64,000 nucleotides of DNA from a virus (lineage: Duplodnaviria; Caudoviricetes), in IMG/VR virus record IMGVR_UViG_3300044981_000214; one strand, given 5' to 3'. The notes beneath the pieces are model-generated. The model did not search any database, was not told the DNA's origin, and saw nothing but the letters and a program-made list of their open reading frames with translations. The position numbers and the translations under genes are program-made. Positions within the stretch are counted from its first letter, which is position 1; every line of letters begins with the position of its first letter. This document shows positions 56,135-64,000 of the stretch, piece after piece.

Positions 56135-56776
56135 TCAATAAATCCTTGTGACACGCGGCACATCTTCAGCAAACGGCGACCGGCCTGCCAGCAACTCGAT
56201 AGCCGCGCTCCCATTACCGCAGCTCATAAGCGCTGCACAGGCTTCTAAAAGGTCGTCATCTGCTTCTACCAGCCTTTTAGCGTCGAGGTCCCACAGTTCG
56301 ATATAGAGCTGATCACGACGGGCGGGCTGATAGTCCCACACCTGAGCATGAATCACACGACATGCAGCCTGGGCTAATAGCTTTCGATTTGATCGACTAG
56401 CAGTAGGGTGACCCCAAACACTAGCTGCGAAGCGCGCAAGCCGTGGGCTAATCGCATGATGCTGGCCAAAGGTCAAGGCCGAATTGACCGCGTTCAGTAT
56501 TGAGGCTGAACTAGCCGACGTCATACGCGAAATATTGTACGAACCCGCTAGCCGCCCTTCGGGACTCGCGATGCCAACGCATACCTCGGACCAGGGTTTG
56601 GTACGCGATTGACCTCCCCAGACGGCTTTGTATTGCCACGTGTGGCTTGTAACAGCTTTATCGATTAGTTCCTCGAAAGAAAATCGAGCACATGCGACAT
56701 CGTTGCTGCCCTCATCATCGAGAGGATCTTGCCAGTCTCGCCAGTCACTACAGATCAATCGAATATTGGCTGACAT
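56135..56776 (-). CDS. hypothetical protein
   Basis: Start moved to MSANIR. Confidence 0.55.
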   Translation of the reverse strand: MSANIRLICSDWRDWQDPLDDEGSNDVACARFSFEELIDKAVTSHTWQYKAVWGGQSRTKPWSEVCVGIASPEGRLAGSYNISRMTSASSASILNAVNSALTFGQHHAISPRLARFAASVWGHPTASRSNRKLLAQAACRVIHAQVWDYQPARRDQLYIELWDLDAKRLVEADDDLLEACAALMSCGNGSAAIELLAGRSPFAEDVPRVTRIY

Positions 56777-56795
56777 GAAGGTGAAGGCGAATAGA

Positions 56796-57026
56796 TTATC
56801 GAGAATTATTAAGAAGCCTTGGTAGCGCCGACATCCACGGCACAAGGCCTGACGGATACTCTGCAGTATACCCACGCCAGCCGTCGTTCTCGCACGCAAT
56901 GAGCGCATCGTTGCGCGTGTTGAAAATCGCGTCGTGACCATTGACCTGAAGCCAGCCACGAATCTTGGCATTTGGCTCAGTCGGGTGCTTGTTGTCGTGC
57001 ATATACACGACGCCGTAAGTAATCAT
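56796..57026 (-). CDS. hypothetical protein
   Basis: GAGG RBS before MITYG. Confidence 0.5.
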   Translation of the reverse strand: MITYGVVYMHDNKHPTEPNAKIRGWLQVNGHDAIFNTRNDALIACENDGWRGYTAEYPSGLVPWMSALPRLLNNSR

Positions 57027-57027
57027 A

Positions 57028-57309
57028 TTAATCCTCGATCTTGAGGGCAATTTTGAAATTACGCTTACCTGCAGGGACGACGCCTTCAGCCAACCGTGCG
57101 ACCATCGCGTCACGAAATTCAATAATCTCTGCGGGCGTCAACGCGCGCTCCGAATCAGCAGAATACATCCAACGAATTTCTTGCATCAGGTACGCATCAA
57201 TCAATGCGTTGCGAATCACAGGCCCAAAAAGGTGCCACGAGTGCCTGCTATCACTAGCGGCAAATTCACGGGCTGACCGCTCGATGTCTTCTTTGCAAAA
57301 TCGCTTCAT
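57028..57309 (-). CDS. hypothetical protein
   Basis: Start moved to MKRFCK, after ECF-like motif. Confidence 0.55.
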   Translation of the reverse strand: MKRFCKEDIERSAREFAASDSRHSWHLFGPVIRNALIDAYLMQEIRWMYSADSERALTPAEIIEFRDAMVARLAEGVVPAGKRNFKIALKIED

Positions 57310-57319
57310 TTGAAGATGC

Positions 57320-57345
57320 AACGTAGGTAGTCTATCGATTATTCC
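57320..57345 (-). promoter_or_regulatory. ECF-sigma-like promoter
   Basis: GGAAT-N17-CGTT. Confidence 0.65.
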
Positions 57346-57354
57346 ACTAAGGAA

Positions 57355-58251
57355 TTACTTCTGAACTCTCGGCCACTTAGCCGGTGCCCAGTCAGCAATC
57401 TTCTTGCTGTAAATCGCGATATCCTGCGTCAAAGCCTTGATATCACGTTCTAATTCGTACTTCAGGTTCGCGATGGCCTTATCGAACTCGGGCTCGCCAC
57501 GCTTCAGTTCTTTCTTCTCAGAAACAAATCGGCCCGAACCAATGTACTTGCGGTTAACTTCGACCAGCATCGTCTGGAGGGTATCAGCACCCACTAGACG
57601 CTCTTGGCGAGCCTTCAGGGTAGCTTTCAGCACCTCCAGCCACGACTTGGTGCCCTCACAAGAAACCTCGAAGGGCGCAAAGCCAACGCCATGGCAGTCG
57701 CCGATGATATAGCCAATGCCCGGCCGCTGGAACCCGTGGTGGACCATATTCTGCGGTTTGACAACGTAATCGCCAAAACAAACCGGGCAGGTACCGCAGC
57801 GCTCGCCACGCTTCTCGAAGTCCTGCTTGGCCCGAATAGCCCTCTTCTCGCTTTTCTCAACTTCACGAGTCAGGTACTGCAGCACGGCAATCATCTTGCC
57901 AACGATTTTCTTGAACCGGAAGCCCTCAACCGTACGGTCGAAATCGACCTCGTGCCAAGTGCCAGCGGCGTAGCAAGTGTTCGTCTCGTTCGACCAAGCC
58001 GGCTGCGAATAGTTATTAACCATCTGTACGATCAAGCCGTGACGGTTTACACCGCGAACGATGAGCGGCTGAGGCTTAGGGAAGAGAAAAAGTTTGCTGT
58101 GGACGATGAAGGGCGGGCAAACAACATAGCTATTCTTCGGTAGTCGACTAGCGACAGGCAAGTCTGTGACCACTTCGCCTGAAACTGCTTCCCACTGATG
58201 CGGCCAAACGTTGCGGACCGGGACCAAAAACTGGGTAGTGGCGGTGCTCAT
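57355..58251 (-). CDS. hypothetical phage protein with Zn-binding motif and coiled coil
   Basis: GTCPVCF...HHGFQRPG.G...GDC.G..F.PFEVS. Confidence 0.65.
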   Translation of the reverse strand: MSTATTQFLVPVRNVWPHQWEAVSGEVVTDLPVASRLPKNSYVVCPPFIVHSKLFLFPKPQPLIVRGVNRHGLIVQMVNNYSQPAWSNETNTCYAAGTWHEVDFDRTVEGFRFKKIVGKMIAVLQYLTREVEKSEKRAIRAKQDFEKRGERCGTCPVCFGDYVVKPQNMVHHGFQRPGIGYIIGDCHGVGFAPFEVSCEGTKSWLEVLKATLKARQERLVGADTLQTMLVEVNRKYIGSGRFVSEKKELKRGEPEFDKAIANLKYELERDIKALTQDIAIYSKKIADWAPAKWPRVQK

Positions 58252-58261
58252 TTGATAGATA

Positions 58262-58287
58262 TACGTTTGAGCTGTGCAGACTATTTC
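58262..58287 (-). promoter_or_regulatory. ECF-sigma-like promoter
   Basis: GAAAT-N17-CGTA, ATG 11 nt after CGT. Confidence 0.75.
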
Positions 58288-58302
58288 TTGAAAAAGGCGC
58301 CG

Positions 58303-58533
58303 TTACGGGCAAACGCCGACAAGCGTCACACCGCGGCGACTAGCCTCAGCGATCGCAAGCCGCTTGGCCTCAGTATAAGTCCTTGCAGGACCAGGAACGA
58401 ACCAAGCCTCATCAACGGTGACGTAATCCGTCTTACCAAACACGAACGCCCAGCTTCCAAGGCCTCGTGGGGTATGCCCATGCTCGAACTTGAAGGCTGA
58501 GGTATCGAACTGGATCTTCATGGTGGTGCTCAT
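58303..58533 (-). CDS. hypothetical phage protein
   Basis: F.FEHGHTPRG.GSWAF; start moved to 58533. Confidence 0.6.
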   Translation of the reverse strand: MSTTMKIQFDTSAFKFEHGHTPRGLGSWAFVFGKTDYVTVDEAWFVPGPARTYTEAKRLAIAEASRRGVTLVGVCP

Positions 58534-58543
58534 TTGATAGATA

Positions 58544-58569
58544 TACGTTTTTAGCAGGCGATCTATTTC
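58544..58569 (-). promoter_or_regulatory. ECF-sigma-like promoter
   Basis: TTGAAAT-N17-CGTA; 26 bp identical to 58243-58268. Confidence 0.75.
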
Positions 58570-58582
58570 AAGTAGTCGAGAG

Positions 58583-58885
58583 CTATTTAGCTCTCCGTGC
58601 ATAACCTTTCACGTAAGGATCATTCAAGTTAGTCAACGACTGCCGCAACACATCGAGCTGTTTCTTCGTGTCCACATTCACGTAAGCTTCTTCTGACACG
58701 TTAACCCAATTATCGTTATCAGCAACTTCACAGATGCTGATTGAAGCTGTCTGATCATACCGATCGGCAGGCAGATATACTAGACCACGCCCGTCCTCAA
58801 ACTTAGCTAATAGAAACCCGTCAAGCACTTCACCCTTGACGTGAAGTGCAACCATACCAGTACATAAATACTTAATCTTCTTCAT
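58583..58885 (-). CDS. hypothetical protein
   Basis: AGGAG RBS. Confidence 0.55.
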   Translation of the reverse strand: MKKIKYLCTGMVALHVKGEVLDGFLLAKFEDGRGLVYLPADRYDQTASISICEVADNDNWVNVSEEAYVNVDTKKQLDVLRQSLTNLNDPYVKGYARRAK

Positions 58886-58894
58886 GAGGAACTC

Positions 58895-59050
58895 CTAGAT
58901 CTTCGTGTTGCCAGTCGTGCCCGAGATCACGTCGAGGGCTGCCATGATCGAACCAGCAGACACGCCAAGCACTGTAATGCCTGGAGTCCTGGGCAGATAC
59001 CAAGCGCGGTACTCAATACCCTTGAAGAGGCGTTGTCTCATGTTCATCAT
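58895..59050 (-). CDS. small hypothetical protein (51 aa)
   Basis: Manually translated MMNMRQRLFKGIEYRAWYLP...; follows ECF-like motif. Confidence 0.5.
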   Translation of the reverse strand: MMNMRQRLFKGIEYRAWYLPRTPGITVLGVSAGSIMAALDVISGTTGNTKI

Positions 59051-59060
59051 ATGGCTAGTA

Positions 59061-59086
59061 TACGTTTAAAGCTAACGCTCTATTTC
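59061..59086 (-). promoter_or_regulatory. ECF-sigma-like promoter
   Basis: TTGAAAT-N17-CGTA. Confidence 0.75.
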
Positions 59087-59096
59087 AAGTCGAGCG

Positions 59097-59324
59097 CTAT
59101 TTGGCCTTATTAAGATTGTCATGTTCAAAGTTGTAAAGATCCGAAAACTCTGAAGGCGTGAGGTTGTTAACCGTGAGCACGGAGCCTAGGCTAATGCCGT
59201 ATTCTTCGGCCTCTGGAAACTTGTCCTCTCGGGTGCCTGCCAGCAGGTACCTCCGATAACGCGTCTCGGTCATGCGAAATATTTCGCCGTGATCATTGAC
59301 ATAGCGATATGTAATCTTCCCCAT
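59097..59324 (-). CDS. hypothetical protein
   Basis: GGAGG RBS before MGKIT. Confidence 0.55.
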   Translation of the reverse strand: MGKITYRYVNDHGEIFRMTETRYRRYLLAGTREDKFPEAEEYGISLGSVLTVNNLTPSEFSDLYNFEHDNLNKAK

Positions 59325-59379
59325 AATTACCTCCAATAGGCATCCAGTCGATTAAACAACGGTCAAATCCTAGTAAAGC

Positions 59380-59592
59380 CTAGGTCCTCGTGATGATGGT
59401 GTCGACGCCAGCTTCGCCGATCTCGGTAGTGGGCGTGTTGGCATAGTAAAACGAGCGCCCCTCCACGTCGTCCTCGGCCTCACGCTGGGACTCGTACTCC
59501 TCATCGTCGAATTCCCCGCCAGTGTCAGACACCTGCCAGGATTCCGCATTATCATCGATGCGGTGGTGGATATTAATTTCGATCGTCGCCAT
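59380..59592 (-). CDS. highly acidic small protein
   Basis: D/E-rich 70 aa. Confidence 0.6.
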   Translation of the reverse strand: MATIEINIHHRIDDNAESWQVSDTGGEFDDEEYESQREAEDDVEGRSFYYANTPTTEIGEAGVDTIITRT

Positions 59593-59603
59593 GTTGACTA
59601 GTA

Positions 59604-59629
59604 TACGTTTATCGACTTCTGGCTATTTC
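59604..59629 (-). promoter_or_regulatory. ECF-sigma-like promoter
   Basis: TGAAAT-N17-CGTA. Confidence 0.75.
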
Positions 59630-59660
59630 AGTCGAGCAAAGACCATTTTTAGTGTGCCTA

Positions 59661-59858
59661 CTAATACCCTCCCCGTCGAACCGCCACGGTGTAGTAGCCA
59701 TTACGGTCTTGCTGGAGACTTGGCCAGCCGGCGTCCCAGCCCGGGATCTCGTCAACAACACGCATGAATTCCCACGCGAGGTCACGCGCGGTGAAATAGA
59801 ACGTACGCGTTTCACCGAAGTCTTGTGTGTCATCCGGGCGCTTAGCATCAATTCGCAT
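59661..59858 (-). CDS. hypothetical protein
   Basis: First gene of leftward arm. Confidence 0.5.
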   Translation of the reverse strand: MRIDAKRPDDTQDFGETRTFYFTARDLAWEFMRVVDEIPGWDAGWPSLQQDRNGYYTVAVRRGGY

Positions 59859-60052
59859 ACCGTAATAAAGCTGTACCCAGGTTAACTATTCCAAGTCAAG
59901 CTCTAAATCGTATAAGTACTTGATGTCCTGCAAGTATTTGATTACACGAAGCGTCAATTTCGCGTGCCAAAAATCTTTAATCTCACTTCAGGTACTTGCG
60001 CAACAGGCTCTCGACAAGAAAATAATGCCGCGTTATAAACGTTATTACTGCC

Positions 60053-60229
60053 ATGACGCCAGCCAAATACTTTTATTGGAAAGTCTGGGTGACGACTACG
60101 CTTCTACGTAGGCGTGTGGCTCTGGTCGTGTCTGGTCCTACAAAGGACGCTGCCAAAGAAGCTGTCGGCGGTAAAGTAAAGCGTACGCTCGGCCCGTTTA
60201 ATTCGGTGGCGGAAGCGATTAACGCGTGA
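60053..60229 (+). CDS. small hypothetical protein (58 aa)
   Basis: Manually translated MTPAKYFYWKVWV...; ECF-like motif at 60018-60043. Confidence 0.5.
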   Translation: MTPAKYFYWKVWVTTTLLRRRVALVVSGPTKDAAKEAVGGKVKRTLGPFNSVAEAINA

Positions 60230-60238
60230 TACAGAAGT

Positions 60239-60454
60239 TTGATGAGCACAAGAATCGGCGTTGTTCCTGATGTTCACAACAGTGAAGCCATCCATGTGTT
60301 AGCGAGTCGTGGTGGCGTCGAGCTGTACCAGACTTACCACACCCATACGTTGACGCCTATTGAGGCACGAAATTACGCAGCACTGTTGGTTCGAGCTTCA
60401 GAAGAAGCTGAGCGGATGCAGAGCAAGATAGAACAAGACGATACCTTGAAATAG
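60239..60454 (+). CDS. hypothetical protein
   Basis: LTPIEAR.YA..L..A motif. Confidence 0.55.
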   Translation: MMSTRIGVVPDVHNSEAIHVLASRGGVELYQTYHTHTLTPIEARNYAALLVRASEEAERMQSKIEQDDTLK

Positions 60455-60473
60455 TTTGCAGCGTAGAGACGTA
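60448..60473 (+). promoter_or_regulatory. ECF-sigma-like promoter
   Basis: TTGAAAT-N17-CGTA, ATG at 60483. Confidence 0.7.
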
Positions 60474-60482
60474 TTTAGCGAC

Positions 60483-60743
60483 ATGATCCCGACATCAAGA
60501 AGTTTTTATGAATGGCACGCATCCCTTCGTGCTCGTCGAAACGCTGAAGCTGCTGTGCAACAGGCTGAAGCTGGAGTAGAAGCCGCACGCAATATTTTGG
60601 CTAGTGCTGAATCTGCCATCGATCAAGCCCGCGAGCTATTGGCTGACGCAGAAGACCGACTGAATAGCGCACAAATCGAATTAGCTGATACCCAAAAGGT
60701 CGTCAGGACCGCACGCAAGGCGGTTGAAGAAATGAGAATCTGA
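60483..60743 (+). CDS. coiled-coil protein
   Basis: Ala/Glu heptad repeats; start moved to 60483. Confidence 0.6.
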   Translation: MIPTSRSFYEWHASLRARRNAEAAVQQAEAGVEAARNILASAESAIDQARELLADAEDRLNSAQIELADTQKVVRTARKAVEEMRI

Positions 60744-60884
60744 TGCGAGATCTTACCGACGAAGCGTTCATGAAGTGGGCCGAAGCGCTTAAACCGTGTC
60801 GTTACTGTCAAAGAAAATTCTACGGTCCTGTTTGTCCGTGCGAACTGTCCAAACGACAGTCTAAGTAAAGAAAAAGAGAAAGAA

Positions 60885-61325
60885 ATGGGTGTAGATTACA
60901 CTGCAATCGCTGTTCTGGGCGTCAACGTCACAGGAAAATTGCACACGCACGAGCTTGTTACTAGGCCCGTGTGCAACCATACAGTCGTGCCTAATGCTAA
61001 GTTCTGTTCTGAATGCGGCGCCAAGGCAACGTACCACGCCTGGGTGCCCGTCAAAGGATATGATGAGGATCTTCCTAAGATGGGCTCGTTTCAGGTTATT
61101 AACGGTACGTACGATGATAGATATCCTAACCTAACGCCTCGATTTGTAGGGGTAGCAGTAGAAGTTGGAAACTACGATAATCCTCGCAGACTGCCGATTG
61201 AGATCGGACAATTCTGCGATGATATTGAATCTCTACAGAAAAATCTACAAGCTACGCTAGAACCATTAGGTCTTTGGGATCCAAAAATGTTTGGTATCTG
61301 GGCCGTCTTGCAGTGCCGTTATTGA
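60885..61325 (+). CDS. hypothetical protein with Zn ribbon
   Basis: C.H.....KFCSECG. Confidence 0.6.
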   Translation: MGVDYTAIAVLGVNVTGKLHTHELVTRPVCNHTVVPNAKFCSECGAKATYHAWVPVKGYDEDLPKMGSFQVINGTYDDRYPNLTPRFVGVAVEVGNYDNPRRLPIEIGQFCDDIESLQKNLQATLEPLGLWDPKMFGIWAVLQCRY

Positions 61326-61547
61326 CATGCGAATCACCAACGAACAAATCGCGTTCGCGACCAAACTAACCGCTGACGCTACTCTAGGTCCATGGAGCGT
61401 ATCAGCAGCAGGCCACATGAGCGGTTGGACAAGTTACAGCGTCAACGGCCCGGTTCCAGGACCGTACGGAGATGATTTTGACCGCGAGCAAAGAATTCGC
61501 GCAATGGCTACGCGATATCTCTGAAGCCAACTACCTTCATAGAAGGT

Positions 61548-61967
61548 GTGGCTGTTGTTGAGAACTATTCATCAGGCATTATTTACACTATTGCTGTTTG
61601 TGTGGATCGGAAAGATCGTCACGCTGAAGCATATCTAAATGCACACACACGAGTCGATTGGGGCGTGAAATTCTTTCAAAGGCGAAATCCTGACCGTTAC
61701 CAGAGCGAAGAAAAATGGCAAGGAACTGGATATCGTTTCATTGATGCCATTAAAATCTGTCAGGCCTGGGCTATTCACGGTGAAGCGCTTGAGGATAAAC
61801 AGAGAAAGATGATGATGATGCTGGGTGCCGTAGACCCTAACGGATACGTCACTGACGGCGAACGCCTACACGCTATCGAAGCGGCCTGGACAGCAGGTGC
61901 ATACGACTTGGCTAAGCAACTGGCAGCAGATTGTGCACCTGGGAAAGCGCGCAAGAAGAGCGCATAG
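61548..61967 (+). CDS. hypothetical protein
   Basis: ORF. Confidence 0.55.
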   Translation: MAVVENYSSGIIYTIAVCVDRKDRHAEAYLNAHTRVDWGVKFFQRRNPDRYQSEEKWQGTGYRFIDAIKICQAWAIHGEALEDKQRKMMMMLGAVDPNGYVTDGERLHAIEAAWTAGAYDLAKQLAADCAPGKARKKSA

Positions 61968-62111
61968 CTCTTGACAAGTCGACGGCAAGTAAGCTCTCAT
62001 TCGTAAGTTATGTTTTCTATCGTTTTGTTGATCGGCTGGGCTTGCGCCGTCGGTCTTACTTTTCTAACTATCGATGAACCAAGACCCTAACGGTAGTCAA
62101 GAAGAAATAAT

Positions 62112-62624
62112 ATGGTAATGAAACAAGGGACGATCGTCCCGCCTGAACTTGACTTTCGTGCTCTCTGTCGAGGTGCAGTGAATACTGAAATTGCTATTTG
62201 GAATGACTACGAGAAATCCAAGTGGCTCCTACTCGGCGAAGTCATGCTTATGCCCCGAGACGGGCATCACCATAAAGGCATTTGGAGTCTCGGAGCATAC
62301 CTGCTAAACGCGACCGACTTCGAACATGACGCTGCATGGCTCCTGAAGATGGAACTGGTTGGTGTAGAACTGGACTCTATGACATACGGTCAGACCTGCA
62401 TACAGGGCTGGATTCGTGCAGATCACTCCGAGGCGTTCAGAGTTCCATCCGCAGGCTACAATCCGGTCAAACACAAAGACGCAACGCCCTGTCGCGAAAA
62501 GGACTGCCGTCGAGGCGAGAAGCACATTATCGTACCAGAAGGATTCTACGTGCCACCTGAGAACCCCGAGTTATTCAACATCGTTCGTGGGCGGCGTATC
62601 GAAATAACAATGACAAGCAAATGA
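62112..62624 (+). CDS. hypothetical protein
   Basis: ORF. Confidence 0.55.
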   Translation: MVMKQGTIVPPELDFRALCRGAVNTEIAIWNDYEKSKWLLLGEVMLMPRDGHHHKGIWSLGAYLLNATDFEHDAAWLLKMELVGVELDSMTYGQTCIQGWIRADHSEAFRVPSAGYNPVKHKDATPCREKDCRRGEKHIIVPEGFYVPPENPELFNIVRGRRIEITMTSK

Positions 62625-63067
62625 TTACGAACCGTAAGCTATTCAATACGGCTTGGCGAATTTCTGAGGCATTCGATCTCTATGTAGACACCAACGCTGT
62701 TAGATCCGTTAGTCATGAACTTGCGCATGCGGCTCTATTGCGCCTTCCTTTAATAGACGATTTTGGATCTATCAAACGGTTGAGCGATCGAATTTCTTCT
62801 TCTATAGACAAACTAACTGAGGACGGTGCTCTCTGGCATGAGCTACGAGCCTGTGCCGTTGCCCAACGTGCAATGCGCGCTTTGGGTTATCATATGTCAA
62901 CTAGGACATTAACAATTGAAGCTCTGGATGGCATCGGTTATACCTTCTCCTATCGTGCTAGACTGAACTATAAACGTTCAGCGCGTTTCATCGAGACTGT
63001 TAAGATCGGTCAGCAAACCGTCCAAGGTGTGGTCGACCGCTTCCTCTATTTCTCCAGGACACCGTGA
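62621..63067 (+). CDS. HExxH-containing protein, possible metallopeptidase
   Basis: SHELAH and downstream HELRA. Confidence 0.45.
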   Translation: MITNRKLFNTAWRISEAFDLYVDTNAVRSVSHELAHAALLRLPLIDDFGSIKRLSDRISSSIDKLTEDGALWHELRACAVAQRAMRALGYHMSTRTLTIEALDGIGYTFSYRARLNYKRSARFIETVKIGQQTVQGVVDRFLYFSRTP

Positions 63068-63288
63068 GATTTAGTAGAGATTCAGACGAAGAAGCTTGCT
63101 GCGAAGTAATAAAGTTCGTAGGTAAACACGATACCTATGATGTATGTTGTATGCGTACTAAAAGGTCACGCAGGGGAGCATATTGCTGTGGCTTGTCATG
63201 CAGGTTTGGCAGACGGTGTTTGTTGGTGTTGTCGTAATAAATTAGGCCTGCCACATAAGGCAGATTGCCTAACACTACGAGAGGAAAT

Positions 63289-64000
63289 ATGTTGAGATTA
63301 TCTATAGCATTGCCTGCTTATGGGCTACACCTAGATATTGGCCATGCAGCGATGTGGTTTGGTTTAGGTGCATCGATGCAGCAAGCCAGCGACAAAATCG
63401 AGCTTGCCTCGTTTGTCGAGTATCATATCAATGGAATCGATTTGTGTAGAAACACGGCCGTATGGGATGCACTACAGACCCCAGCTAGCCACCTCCTAAT
63501 GGTCGATGCTGACACTTATCATCGTTCTAGCGGCGAAGCTATTGCGGATGCGGGCACTGATATCGTACAAATGATTAGGGACGCAGATCGGATGGCTACG
63601 CCAGAGCTACAAGTTGACGGTAGCCACAAACTTGTACCAATCGAGCCTCCTAAATTAGCCGACGCTTATCTCCCTTTGCAACACACAGGTGTTGCAATGA
63701 TTGCTGCACCGGTCCGAGGGAGGGGCGGAAAGAGCGGCGTTTGTGTACAGAAACTTGTGCTAGAACGAACATCGGCAGGCGATATTATCAAACGACCAGG
63801 CGAGGCACTAACATTGGGGGAACTAACGGGCAAGGTTCAGCCCGTAGGCCGAATCGGCGGAGCCTTCATTGTTATTTCTCTTGATTGGCTTAGAACCCAT
63901 TGGCCAGACCCCCCCTGGTTCGTTATGGAGAATGCATACCCTCAAGGATCTAGACCTTCCAATGCGCGTGGTGAGGACTATACCTTTTGTGATGGTATAT
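63289..64000 (+). CDS. GT-A fold glycosyltransferase (partial, runs off window)
   Basis: Manually translated: LSIALPAY, IDLCRN, HLLMVDAD, RIGGAFIVI, PWF, GEDYTFC; GAGG RBS. Confidence 0.75.
   Translation, partial: MLRLSIALPAYGLHLDIGHAAMWFGLGASMQQASDKIELASFVEYHINGIDLCRNTAVWDALQTPASHLLMVDADTYHRSSGEAIADAGTDIVQMIRDADRMATPELQVDGSHKLVPIEPPKLADAYLPLQHTGVAMIAAPVRGRGGKSGVCVQKLVLERTSAGDIIKRPGEALTLGELTGKVQPVGRIGGAFIVISLDWLRTHWPDPPWFVMENAYPQGSRPSNARGEDYTFCDGI

Noticed and set aside
57604-58143. 179-aa plus-strand ORF
   Set aside because: Antisense to the 298-aa gene with clear motifs and promoter
58243-59637. Spaced repeats as a CRISPR or other guide array
   Set aside because: Units are 280-550 bp apart, separated by ORFs, and have promoter geometry
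1-64000. tRNA, rRNA, capsid, terminase, integrase, reverse transcriptase
   Set aside because: No recognisable motifs by eye; a tRNAscan/HMM run is needed to exclude divergent cases

Overview
This 64 kb window (about 50% GC, gene-dense, no tRNA, rRNA or CRISPR array seen) is part of a large bacteriophage genome. No capsid, terminase or tail genes were recognised. (1) 1-14.5 kb, minus strand: small accessory genes plus prim-pol primase, a DarG-like macrodomain, long-form ThyX, dUTPase, SLOG/YspA and a P-loop helicase. (2) 14.7-33.3 kb, plus strand, replication block: SNF2-like helicase, PD-(D/E)xK exonuclease, Sak4-like ATPase, DUF669 SSB, class II RNR behind a structured leader, UDG-fused family A DNA polymerase with a mini-intein, UvrD-like and DinG helicases, HNH, Tmk and a Dam-like methylase. 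(3) 34-51 kb, mixed region: tiny Arg/Lys/Cys-rich peptides missed by the ORF track, an intact IS605-family tnpB element, a second tnpB 3' remnant, proteins sharing LG|D-type motifs and a C-terminal anchor, a C39 peptidase, SLT, M23 and trypsin-like hydrolases. (4) 51-64 kb: small genes diverging from about 59.95 kb, many behind a repeated ECF-sigma-like promoter G(A/G)AAT-N17-CGT(A/T). Best candidates for undescribed biology: (a) the guide position of the tnpB remnant matches the flank/promoter at the intact tnpB element 10.7 kb away; (b) a putative C39/LG-motif processing and membrane-anchoring system with protamine-like peptides under leaderless promoters; (c) the ECF-type promoter regulon. 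All calls are from motif recognition by eye; no database searches were run.
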